In this document: piece by piece, positions 52,497 through 64,000 of the stretch
How the letters are laid out: every line of letters begins with the position of its first letter
How positions within the stretch are numbered: position 1 is the stretch's first letter
Assembly: GCA_964016885.1 (NCBI GenBank)
Contig: OZ024758.1
Span: 5,146,001-5,210,000 of the forward strand
DNA length: 64,000 nt
Source of the DNA: Eledone cirrhosa
Lineage: Eukaryota
Direction: 5' to 3'
Notes under the pieces: model-generated
The model's input: the letters and a program-made list of their open reading frames with translations, nothing else
What the model was told of the DNA's origin: nothing
Databases searched by the model: none
Position numbers and translations under genes: made by a program

Positions 52497-52927
52497 AGTC
52501 GATCGGTTGTCGATATATATATATATATGTATATATATCATAATCAACCTGGTTGTGGTGGGGCTGATAACGGCCGATTGAACAGGGTTTTCGAAACTAG
52601 AAATAGGTAATAACTTAACCACTAACATGCAGGTCGATACATCGATCTCCATGGATCAATCGCCCCTCTGAAACAATTGTAAAACAATGAACTAACTATC
52701 TGCCTATTGTTCTCAAAATAAATAACATCAAAATCTCATTGGTAATTATGTAAGATAAAGACTTTACAATGAAAATATAATAGTAATAATAAATATAATA
52801 ATGCAAATGTTAAAGGGTTAAGGGAAGAATAAGTTTAACAGGCCTGTGAACTCTCCTTGTCGGACGGAGAAATCCCTACCTATTTTGGGGTGGGTGAGAG
52901 ATGTCTTCTCTTAAGAAAATGGATATA

Positions 52928-53132
52928 GCTTTCATTATGTAAAATCTCGGTGAATTGGCAGTATCGGTAGAGGGTTGGACGCCATGCTTTCTAGCATAGT
53001 TACATCCCTTTACAGTCTGAGTTCAAATCCCGCCGAGGTTAACTTTGCCTTTCATCCTTACGGGGTCGATAAAATAAAGTACCAGTAATGTACTGGGTAA
53101 TTGCTGGCCTTGTACATAACGTAGAAACAAAT
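52928..53132 (+). mobile_element. SINE family A with TSD
   Basis: tatgtaaaatc on both flanks. Confidence 0.9.
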
Positions 53133-53401
53133 ATGTAAAATCCCCACATTTTGCCTCAGTTCTCTCCGTACTCTCGGGTACTTGTTTTCATGGTACTCCC
53201 CGTTTGTTTTTTTACAAGTTGACAGGTCTGCTCTATGTTACAAAGTCTACATTTCCTCACCGTTGAATGTAAAAGAAGTACCAGTAATATTCCTAGAGTC
53301 GAGTGAATCAATCATTCTGCTCGCAAATATTTATAGAAAGCTTCTCAAAAGATTAAATGCGTTAAAATAATGAATAGTTTAAATATCTACCACAATATTT
53401 A

Positions 53402-53803
53402 TTTCTGATATAGAAAAAAGGTTTGTTATGATGACTACAGGGCGGTGGATTGGCAGAATTGGTAGAGCGTCGAACAACATGCTTCGTGGCATAGAGTTAT
53501 GGACTTTTGCGTTCTGAGTTGAAATCCCACCGAGATCAGCTTTGCCTCTGGGTTTTTAGAGTTTGGCAGGTTTGTGTCAGTGTTATGTTAGGAAGACTGG
53601 TACGTTTGGATGTTTCTGATATAGAAAAAGGGCGGTGGATTGGCATAATTGGTAGAGCGTCGAACAACATGCTTAGCGCCCTAGTTATGGCCCTTTACAT
53701 TCTGGGTTCAAATACTGTCGAGGTTAGCTTTGCCTTTGGGTTTTTTACAAGTTGGCAGATTTGTGTCAGTGTTATCTGTTAGGAAGACTGGTGCGTTTCG
53801 ATG
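53402..53803. repeat. Diverged tandem duplication of about 200 bp, each with a SINE A 5' half
   Basis: tttctgatatagaaaaa...gggcggtggattggc...ttaggaagactggt repeated. Confidence 0.8.
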
Positions 53804-53842
53804 TTAACGAGGAACTGAACTTGGAGTATTTGAAATATCAGA

Positions 53843-54032
53843 TAATTGTTTCTACTTTAGGCACAAGGCCAGCAATTACCCAGTGCATTACTGGTACTTT
53901 ATTTTATCGACCCTGTAAGGATGAAAGGCAAAGTTAACCTCGGCAGGATTTGAACTCAGATCAGAAAGGGGCGTAACTCTGTGCTACAAAGCATGTTGTC
54001 CGACCCTCTACCGATACTGCCAAACCACCACC
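53843..54032 (-). mobile_element. SINE family A with TSD
   Basis: gaaatatcagataat on both flanks. Confidence 0.9.
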
Positions 54033-54319
54033 ATCGAAATATCAGATAATATCAGATAATATGAGATAATATCAAAAGTAGGAAAATCCGGAGAGACTCC
54101 GAGGTATGTAGAATATTATAGTTATATCTAGATATTTCGTACTGTTGTATCTCATCGTTAGAAACAACATATACTTAGACTAAATGGAGTCTGTGTCATT
54201 TCAGTATTTTTATATCGCGAGATTGAATAAATCTTCTTGAAGTATGAAAAACTAAAATAACGTATAGATTTATGTCTCAATCAACATACATCCACACAAG
54301 CGTGTATATATAGTTAGAG

Positions 54320-54375
<56 letters not shown>

Positions 54376-54602
54376 ATACATATGTATACATATATATATA
54401 TGTATATATATGTATACATATATATATATGTATATATGTGTGTGTGCGCGTGTGTATATATATGTGCATATATATGTGTGTGTATATATATATATGTGTG
54501 TATATATGTGCATATATATGTGTGTGTGCATATATATATATGTGTGTGCATATATATGTGATTATATATATATATATATATATGTGTGTGTCTGTGTGCA
54601 TA

Positions 54603-54633
<31 letters not shown>

Positions 54634-54948
54634 GTGTGTGCATATATATATATGTATCTGCATATATATATGAATTTGCATATATATATATATATGTGTG
54701 TGTATGTGTGCATATATATATTTGTGTGTGTGTTTGTATATATATATATATATGTATATATATAAAATAACATACAGATTACTTTTTTTTCGCTACTGTT
54801 ATTAGTATTATATTTCATCATGAAATATTTATTTGTCTGGTGCAGGAGTCTTGAGATCGATATTACTAAAGAAAACAAAATATTTTCTTTTGAAAGTCAG
54901 CTGATCTCAGAAAATATATTTCAACATATTATTAGCAGTAGTATTAGT

Positions 54949-55132
54949 AGGTTGGCAGTATCGGTAGAGGGTCAGGCGCCATGCTTTGCAGCACAGTTAG
55001 GTCCCTTTACGGACTGAGTTCAAATCTCGCCGAGGTTAACTTTGCCTTTCTTGCGTACGGGGTCGATAAAATAAAGTAACAGTAATACACTGGGAATATT
55101 GCTGGCCTTGTGCCAAGAGTAGAAACAATTAT
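54949..55132 (+). mobile_element. SINE family A with TSD
   Basis: tattagtag on both flanks. Confidence 0.9.
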
Positions 55133-55541
55133 TAGTAGTAGTTAGTTTCTTCTAATTTCAAATAAGACTTATTCATGCCTTGCTTCTATTGTAAGAGAGA
55201 CAACACCCTAATAATGACAACAACAGCAAGTATTATGAAGATGTAGGTTATATTTTCTACATCATTCTGTAATGTATGTCCTAAAGAAAATGTCTTGTAT
55301 TGTCCATTGTTTGTCTGGTGCTGAAAGATATATTCATCTGAAAATATGTTTCCGTATCAAGTATATTGAAATATTTCTTATCTGACAACTTTATTGTCCT
55401 TAGCTTTATAATATCCATGTATAGAGAAGCTTGTTCTGGAGTATAATAGGAGTATTAATATCAAGCTGATATATTACGAATTTCATATTTTCTAATATTT
55501 TCTGATATCCAACAATAAAGTGGTTAACGACACCTAACAAT

Positions 55542-55910
55542 GTCGGATCCTACACGGGGAAATATGTAAGAGTTTACCAAAGTACAGTTTGTCAATAGTA
55601 ATGGTTAATGATACAACAGTTTAGATGTCAATATTTATACATATTTATATATATATATATATGTAGGAGGTGGGTTTTATTGTAGTACAATAAAGCAATG
55701 CAGATATCGGATAAGAAGCACTCTACAGTTTGTAGGACTGGAGTATACATAATATAAGATCAAAAGATGGTTAAAGGAGTTCCATGTATTTTATTATGCG
55801 CATTTCAAAAACAAACATCATCATGCAATAATATTTGTGTTTCCATCAGATAAAACAGGAGAACATGATATGAAGGCTAAAAAACACTTGTGGATAGTGC
55901 AGTTTTAAAT
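55542..55910 (+). pseudogene. Degenerate GIY-YIG endonuclease remnant (Penelope-like)
   Basis: SYTGKYVRVYQSTVCQ**WLMIQQFRCQY [TA tract] GGFYCSTIKQCRYRI / KH...AHFKNKH...KAKKHLWI, colinear with the PLE EN pattern. Confidence 0.5.
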
Positions 55911-55950
55911 CAACATATGAAAAGTGGTTTTAGATTGATGTGTGATATTG

Positions 55951-56360
55951 GGAAAAATATTTTATTTAGAGAGGGGGGGGGAGGATGAAAAAGGGGAGGA
56001 GATGAGAGGGAGAGATGGGTGATAGAGAGAAAGAGATAGTTTTTATAACTGAGAGAAGATATATTGTTTTACATAGAGAGGTTGAAAACCGTTGGAAGAT
56101 AATGTATAAATTAAAAGAATTTGAAAATTAACGAAGGGAAGATATGTACGAGGAAAAAATATTTTATTTAGGGAGGGGGGTGGAAAGGATGAAAAAAGGG
56201 GGAGGAGATGAGAGTGAAGGTGGAGAGGGAGAGATGGGTGATAGAGAGAAAGAGATAGTTTTTATAACTGAGAAAAGATATATTGTTTTACATAGAGAGG
56301 TTGAGAACCGTTGGAAGATAATGTATAAATTAAAAGAATTTGAAAATTAACGAAGGGAAT
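55951..56360. repeat. Purine-rich tandem duplication of about 200 bp
   Basis: gagagatgggtgatagagag...gaaaattaacgaagggaa twice. Confidence 0.9.
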
Positions 56361-56689
56361 TTATGTATGAAGATAGAGAGAAAAAATAATAATTGTGGAT
56401 GAATATTCTAAAATTAACGAAGAGAAAAAAATTATTAAGGTTTGTGTGTAGAAGGATTTGAGAAAAATAATGTGAAGTTAAAGTTTGTATATTGAAGGAA
56501 TTGATAATATGTGCGAATAAAGAGTTAATATGTATTAAGAATGAGTTCGTTGATGGAGAGAAAAAAAAAAATAAATTAAGGATGAAATTGAGATTAAAAA
56601 GTTTTATGATAGAGAGAAAAAATAATAATAATTGCGGATGAATATTCTAACGTCAAAAAAACAAATGTATATGTTATGAAGGATTTTAC

Positions 56690-56775
56690 AAGGTGAAGAT
56701 AGAAAGAGGGTAATGAGTAAACAAGTACACTCTATAATACTTGTTTACTCATTACCCTCTTTCTATCTTCACCTT
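56690..56775. repeat. Perfect 38-bp inverted repeat with 10-nt spacer
   Basis: 56690-56727 is the exact reverse complement of 56738-56775. Confidence 0.95.
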
Positions 56776-56832
56776 AGAATTAGCCGTCGAAACGTCTTGA
56801 GCTCAGCCGTCGGGGTCCTACTCGTTCCTATA
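56776..56832 (+). mobile_element. Family P fragment
   Basis: agaattagccgtcGAAAcgtcttgagctcagccGTCggggtcc. Confidence 0.8.
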
Positions 56833-56852
56833 TATATATATATATATATATA

Positions 56853-57110
56853 CTAGTGGTAAGGTTGTTGGACTTACGATCATAATGTCGTGGGTTCGAT
56901 TCCTGGGCTGTGTGTTGTGTTCTTGAGCAAAACACTTCATTTCACGTTGCTCCAATATACTCAGCTGAAAATGAGTACCAGCAATAGCTGGGGGGGGGGG
57001 GGTTAGCCCTGCGATGAACTGGCGCCCTGTCCAGGGGGGAGTCTTGTACTCTCAATCGCTTCACGCCATGAAACTGGGATAAGCACCGGTCAAATGAACC
57101 TTCTCTAGAC
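56853..57110 (+). mobile_element. CORE-type SINE family B
   Basis: Near-identical head to the 16646 copy plus a longer 3' part. Confidence 0.85.
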
Positions 57111-57689
57111 TTTGATATATTCAAATACACTCTCGCTTCATCTCGATCAGAGAGAATATTGGTTTTTCATTTACTATTTCTTATCTCTTCTTTATTATAT
57201 CTGTAATATATCTTGATGATTGGTGAAATTTATTTTAACTGATAATTTCTTTTTCAAGTATTGAAATGGTTTGTAGGACATTTGCAAGTTGTAAGAGTTA
57301 ACAACAGAAGACAGTTTTGTAAGGCAAAATAATGGAAAGTAATCCTTAGTGATACCTTATGTTTTGATTTATATTTTCTTAGAGAGATAACGTTAGTTAC
57401 GTCACAGCAAATGGGGAATTGGAGATTTTCAAGAGAGCCATAAATTTCTAAGAAGCGTAACGCTAGAAGTACAATCTCTCTCTCTCTTTCTTCTCTCACA
57501 TTCCCACCCTCTTCCTACCTCATCCCCTCTCCTCCCCTCTCTCTAGCTAACTTTTCCCTCACATTTCACGTATAAAAGTTAAAATGCACTTCCTCTTACA
57601 CACACACACACACGTAGGTGTGTGTGTATATATATATATATATATGTGTGTGTATACACAGACATACACAACTGCATACATAAATATGT

Positions 57690-57808
57690 ATGTATATATA
57701 TATATATACATTCATGCATACATATGTGTACGTATATGTATGTATGTATGTATGTATATATATATATATACACACATTCATGCATACATATGTGTACGTA
57801 TATGTATG

Positions 57809-57842
<34 letters not shown>

Positions 57843-58060
57843 TTCATGCATACATATGTGTACGTATATGTATGTATATATATATATATATATATACACA
57901 CACATTCATGCATACATATGTGTACGTATATGTATGTATGTATGTATATATATATATATACATTCATGCATACATATGTGTACGTATATGTATGTATGTA
58001 TGTATGTATGTATATATATATATATACACACATTCATGCATACATATGTGTACGTATATG

Positions 58061-58103
<43 letters not shown>

Positions 58104-58134
58104 TCATGCATACATATGTGTACGTATATGTATG

Positions 58135-58168
<34 letters not shown>

Positions 58169-58262
58169 TTCATGCATACATATGTGTACGTATATGTATG
58201 TATGTATATATATATATATATACATTCATGCATACATATGTGTACGTATATGTATGTATGTA

Positions 58263-58326
<64 letters not shown>

Positions 58327-58400
58327 TTCATGCATACATATGTGTACGTATATGTATGTGTACGTATATGTATGTGTACGTATATGTATATATATATGTA
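57690..58400. repeat. Compound minisatellite: cattcatgcatacatatgtgtacgtatatgtatg + variable (TA)n
   Basis: About 10 units read directly. Confidence 0.92.
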
Positions 58401-58407
58401 TATTAAT

Positions 58408-58616
58408 AGATTCTTATATAGGCACAAGGCCAACAATCCTGGGGGGATGGGAAGCTCTATTAAATCGAACCTCAGTTCATTACTGGTACTTTATTTTATC
58501 GACCCTGTAAGGATGAAAGGTAAAGTTAACCTCAGGGGGATTTGAACTTAGTCCGTAGAGGGCCGTAACTCTATGCTGCAAAGCATAGCGCCCGACCCTC
58601 TACCGATACTGCCAAT
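58408..58616 (-). mobile_element. SINE family A
   Basis: Full reverse-complement copy. Confidence 0.88.
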
Positions 58617-58859
58617 TATCAGCTAAGTAATCATTGCTTGAGAAATTTGAGTGTGGATATTGTAAACAGTTAGTGTCTGACGGCTGAGCTCTTGCCCTTT
58701 CGAAGGTGAATGGGTAACAATTTTTTTTTTTTTTTTTTTTTTGCATGTATATATATATAATCATACAGATCGAACCTTGAACTGATCAATAGCGAAACGT
58801 GCGTCACCAATTAATAAATGTAATAAAGGCTTAACAAATCGTCCTTGTATTATAATTAT

Positions 58860-59035
58860 AAAGAAGTGTGGTAAAGAACCAGGTGGACCATAACGCACCA
58901 GAGTACTCGATACTTTGGGTAGTAGAGTGGGTAATAGGAAAAGAGTCAGGACCCCGACGGCTGAGCTCCGGCCGTTTCGACAGCTAGTTCGAAACGGTCG
59001 GAGCTCAGCTGTCGGGGTCCTGACTCTTTTCCTAT
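58860..59035. mobile_element. Family P fold-back pair
   Basis: Inverted arms centred on ttcgacagctagttcgaaac. Confidence 0.8.
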
Positions 59036-59313
59036 ATATACATGTCTCTGTATGTGTGTTTGTGTGTAATGAAAGCAATTAACCTTGGAGATTTTAATAA
59101 CATAGATCATTTTCTAAACAGAAATCCTTGGTTGAAATTTATCTCTACTTGGTTACACCCTGCCACATATATCAACTATATGAGTATTATGGGTTGTTAG
59201 GACTAATTGTATTTAGATACCGCCCTATCACACACACACTGTGTATGTATATATGAATATATATATATACATATGTGTGTGTGTGTTAGTATGTATGTGT
59301 ATGTATAACTATA

Positions 59314-59363
<50 letters not shown>

Positions 59364-59493
59364 TAAGGAAAATAATGACTTCACTTGTAGTTTTAAACAA
59401 AAATTATAATATTATAAAATTAAATGAAATTGTTTAGAAATACATGTGAAGTCATTCTTTTCCTTTTGAAAAAAAAAAATTATATATGTATAT

Positions 59494-59611
59494 AATTGTT
59501 TCTACGTTTGGCACAAGGCCAGCAATTACCCAGTGCATTACTGGTACTTTATTTTATCGACCCCCGTAAGGATGAAAGGCAAAGTTAGCCTCGGCGGGAT
59601 TTGAACTCAGA
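59494..59611 (-). mobile_element. SINE family A, 5'-truncated, with TSD
   Basis: attatatatgtatataat on both flanks. Confidence 0.88.
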
Positions 59612-60313
59612 TTATATATGTATATAATGTGTGTGTGAATGTAGTATGAGATACCTCGGTAGCAGTCAGTACATTTTCTTTTGTGGAGGGCGGGCTTATA
59701 ATATACCCTCTCTCACTCACCCACTCTCTCTCCATCTCTCTAAATTATCAACTATAGACTTAGATATATAAATATATAATATTCCATGTAATCAGTATTT
59801 GTAACAGTAACATTCCCTACTAAATATCTGAGATCCTTATCTAAGAATTATATTTCACGATTGCTAGAGGCTAAAACTATTTGCATAGTTACCTCCATAT
59901 CTGAATTTTATTTAAATACCCAACACGTTATCTTCTAATTACGGGAGTCAACATACATCTCAGCAATTGTGTTTTTATTGTCTATGTTTACATAATTATA
60001 TATAATTTTAAAAAGTCTGTTTAGAAATATTACAGGGAAGTTTGAATATTGAAATAGAAGGCTTGGATATAATAGTCTAAATTATTTTTCTGAGTCTATA
60101 CATGTGTATATGAAGTTACTACATGCTGGATTCCTGAAATATGGCCGGTACTTGCAACTTTTTAACTAACCGTGCTCATTTTGGTTCTGTAAAGCCCAGC
60201 TTCTCAAGATTTATACTAAAAAGCTATGTTAAGTGATACTACTTACTACTTTGACGCTAAACTCCGCCAGTTGCAGACTGCGCATCAACATGAGATATTT
60301 TTCTCCGCAAAGT

Positions 60314-60567
60314 TCGATCCCAACAGCAGAGTTTAAAGAGAAAAGATCAATTCCAGTCCATAAGTTGATATCATCTGGCCATCATTTTCGCTGCCGGCCT
60401 CTACTTCTCTTACCAGCCAACCTTCCTTCCAGGAATATATAATACCTTTCGATCATCAACAGCAGAGTTTAAAGAGAAAAGATCAAGTCCAGTCCATAAG
60501 TTGCCATTATCAAACCATCGTTTGGCTGCCGGCCTCTGCTTCTCTTACCAGCCAACCTTCCTTCCAG
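60314..60567. repeat. Diverged tandem duplication of about 135 bp
   Basis: caacagcagagtttaaagagaaaagatcaa...ccagccaaccttccttccag twice. Confidence 0.9.
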
Positions 60568-62105
60568 CCATAACCTACTCACACTAAGAGTTTATTTTTT
60601 ATGACTGTATAGTTTGAGTACTCTTGACTTAACAATTGATGTAATTGGTCTAAGTCAAGTAACTGGTCTACGTCAGCTAAGTGATACGTTTCCGTATATA
60701 CAAGTCTCGTGGGTTTGTTGGTTCAAACCTGCCAAAACGTTCTATTGTAGTTATGTCTATTCAATATATAATGAATATCAATAAACGAACATCTTGTTTT
60801 AAATTCCCGAGTGAAAATGGTGTTTTACTTTTGCCGATGGCCACCACTAAAATATGACAAAAAATCTTGACATTATTGCAGAATTCCTTGATATCAATCG
60901 CGATTACTTTCATACTTCTAATTCTCGTTCTTCTTCTTCAAGTTTACATTTTAAGAACGTTTCTCTCTATTAGGAAGTTCCGATCTTGTTACAATCGCTT
61001 TTGTTTTCGTATCAATGAAACATATTCGAAGACTACATGCTGATATATAAAGATATATAAATACGTCTAAAATACAGATTGAATCATCACAGAGAGATTG
61101 TATTCTTGAAAAGCTGCAATTGTCATATTTCGTTAGCTAGATATGACACCTTTTAGCTTACCTAAACACCATTCGATGACATTTCTAAACTCTAATTTCG
61201 AAATAGAGATTGCATTCCTCTGAAGGTTCTCTCACTGATTTACATTTTTTCTCGTTTTGTCTTTGTCAAATTCAATCCCAGTATCTTACATATAATAATA
61301 CCTTGAGAAACTTTTATCAATGATGATTATTTCTTATGTTTCTATATATATGAAATATCCAAATTCTTAAGCTAAAATGACTGTGATGAAAATAAAAACA
61401 AAGAACGTGCAAATGAATAGAAATTCTAATATTTTATATGAAATATTCATGAATAAGAATTGATGCTCATAATATTAGCTCTTATGTAGTTGTGTTACGT
61501 ATATTTGTATACAAACGCAATCTCTATATACATTAAATAGAATAATGTATATTAGTGTACAGGAAAACATTTGGAGGAGACATAGAAACATCACTGATGA
61601 TGTCACAGATGTGTGTGACGAAAGAACCCTGAGAAACTATATTTATATTTTTTAACTGTTGGTCAATCAATGATAAATATTGATTACGAGCTAAATTATT
61701 TATAGAAATATAAAAATATACTGAAGCTAAAACCAACCTAAACAGTGAGTGTGTTTTACTATATTTATCTAGCAATATTATAACAACTCTCCCCAAATAT
61801 AACAATGTACATCATTTTTTACAGAATATTTCGTTGTCATATTTCAAATTCACTGCAAAAATTCTAATGTTCCATGGGTTGTCTGTATGCCATAATATAC
61901 TTTACAACGCTACAAATGAATCGTTTCTGATTTAATGTCACTGTGAGAGAAATCCGTATATATACGAGAGAGAGAATGTGTGTGTGTGTGGACGACATGA
62001 AGACATCATTTTCTTGCCTGTTGTAAAGCGAATATATCACTTGTTCTACATATAATTCATTTGTGATGAATTTTCATGTTTTGGGGGTAACCACACACAT
62101 TTTGA

Positions 62106-62323
62106 TAATGGTTTCAGGTTAAGGCACAAGGCCAACAATTTTGGGGGAGGGGAAAGTCGATTAAATCGACTCCAGTGCGTTACTGGTACTTTATTTTATC
62201 GACCCCGTAAGAATGAAAGGCAAATCTAACCTCCGCGGGATTTGAACTCAGAACGTAAAGGGTCTTAACTCTATGGCGCAAGCATGTTGTCCGACGCTCT
62301 ACTGGTGCTGTCAATCTCCCACC
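62106..62323 (-). mobile_element. SINE family A
   Basis: Full reverse-complement copy. Confidence 0.88.
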
Positions 62324-62356
62324 CTTGATAATAACCATATTTCGATGTGTTTACAA

Positions 62357-62462
62357 ATACATGGTGTCCCGAAAAAATATATACATACTTTCATTACCTG
62401 TACAGGAAATATTTATTAGAATGATGTTGAAGTGTGTGTACATTTTTGAGGGACACCCTGTA
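62357..62462. mobile_element. Short Tc1/mariner-type MITE
   Basis: tacatggtgtccc ... gggacaccctgta TIRs with TA ends. Confidence 0.75.
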
Positions 62463-63692
62463 TTTTCCTTGTCGATAGTCGAGTTGTTTCCCTTATCATT
62501 ATCCCAAACGTGAATCTCTAAGTAATTGAACATTTCTTATATTTGTAAAAGATTTTACACAGGATCTGAAGTTTCCCACAAATATTTCTGAGAATGCTTT
62601 GATGCTAAATCAATAAAGATTGTCATCGGAGGGAAAATGGTATGTATGGTCGTTGTAACTCCCAAGGAAGTCGTATGGGCGCTGCATTGATATACAGAGT
62701 TTCTTGGGAAATTTGGATACAGCAGATTTATTTCTTCTAGAGAAAATTTGAGAGTGAGAGAATGGTGGTGAGAAAGAGATATAAAGAAAGAATCGGCTCC
62801 CAGTATTAGACTGGTATTTTTTTTATCGATATCAAATAGATTAAATGCAATGTTGAACTTGGCGGGATTTGAACTCAGAGAAGAGAGAGCCGGACCGAAC
62901 ACCACAAAGCATTATGACCGACTTTCTAACGCCCACTTATAAATATACAAAACTATCAGAATGTTTCAAACGAGGAATATTGGTAGAATATTTGCATCAA
63001 ATTTACCCTAAATACAAATACAACATAATTTTTTTCTGGCTTTTTATCATAAATAACTAAATAAGTTATGTACATTTACCCAGCAGGAAGTAAAGGTTTC
63101 ATTAAAAATCGGGGAAAGAAAAAATACTTCTGAACAGCTAGATAGAAGCCTACAAATTGACTTCCAAGATTATACATTTGTTGTTTATATATAATCATAG
63201 CATTCTTGTTTATGCTGCTAGTTTCAATTTCCAGCAGAACCCATCTAACACGGATTTTGAAAATTCAATCTTGTAAGAAAGACTTTACAAATATAGAAAA
63301 CACGTAAATATGTTGTTCTCTTCTAAATTCCCACGAAAGAGTTTTCTTGCTGTGGTTTATAAGCTACACCTTTATTTAAAAGAATTCAGAGAATTAAAAG
63401 AAAAAAAACATACTTACTTGATACTGCTTTATGGACGATATTAGGGGCTGATAAAGCTCTGATATGGAATCTGAATTGTGTACTAGATTGCCTGTAAATA
63501 TATTTGCTTTCAGAAAAATATTGTTTAATCCTTTCGAAAGTATATCCCATTAGGGATATATAATTAAAAATAGAATAAAATTTAATCGATCTACAAAACA
63601 AACTTTACATTCTTCGATCATTAGAGTCTTCACTGACTTCACATTTGATAATATGATATCGATCTTTTCACATTTAAAGTAATGTAAATCTT

Positions 63693-63770
63693 TATTAATG
63701 CGTGAAAGATTTCATAGCTCTAGCATCAACCTTCATAGTCAGCCTATGAACTTTTCAAATGTCCCTCGTA
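63693..63770. mobile_element. Mariner-type MITE half
   Basis: ...tagtcagcctatgaacttttcaaatgtccctcgta TIR. Confidence 0.75.
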
Positions 63771-64000
63771 CGTTCGTATTTAAAGCGCTGTATTTGGGCA
63801 AAACACTTTTCTCTAGTTTGTTCATGTTTAACTAATAAGAAAACAGATTAATATTCCTCGTGTTAGTCCTAAAAAATCGGCTGCTCTTTCTAGATCACAA
63901 ATAAATTCAATTGAAACGAGTCTAAAGTGATTCATATTTCATCCTGATTTCCAACTCAGAAATATTTAAACATTTTAAAATGTCATTGTAAACTACATGG

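Noticed and set aside
62562-62745. Possible exon (plus DLKFPTNISENA, kinase-like; minus YQCSA, Ig-like)
   Set aside because: All three plus frames stop before the GT donor; the minus-strand similarity is a few residues only.

Overview
AT-rich, microsatellite-saturated eukaryotic DNA with no intact protein-coding gene that I can support. The SINE repertoire suggests an octopod cephalopod, but that is inference from remembered repeat consensi. Nearly all listed ORFs are translations of simple repeats. The window is dominated by mobile elements: about 30 copies of one tRNA-derived SINE (many with target-site duplications), CORE-type SINEs, RTE and CRE-clade LINE 3' fragments, and mariner-, Tc1- and piggyBac-type MITEs. 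The most interesting hidden layer is about ten unrelated hammerhead-ribozyme (HHR)-like motifs. Two look structurally near-complete (8579-8634 minus; 51972-52028 plus). Most sit beside (TA)n tracts, and two degenerate GIY-YIG endonuclease remnants are also present, which together fit a diverse Penelope-like element (PLE) population. One multicopy family is an HHR 3' half whose near-full copies end in helix II, and it twice forms a fold-back palindrome centred there. An RTE fragment has a twin-priming-like 5' inversion. All structures were read by eye; no folding, alignment or database search was run.
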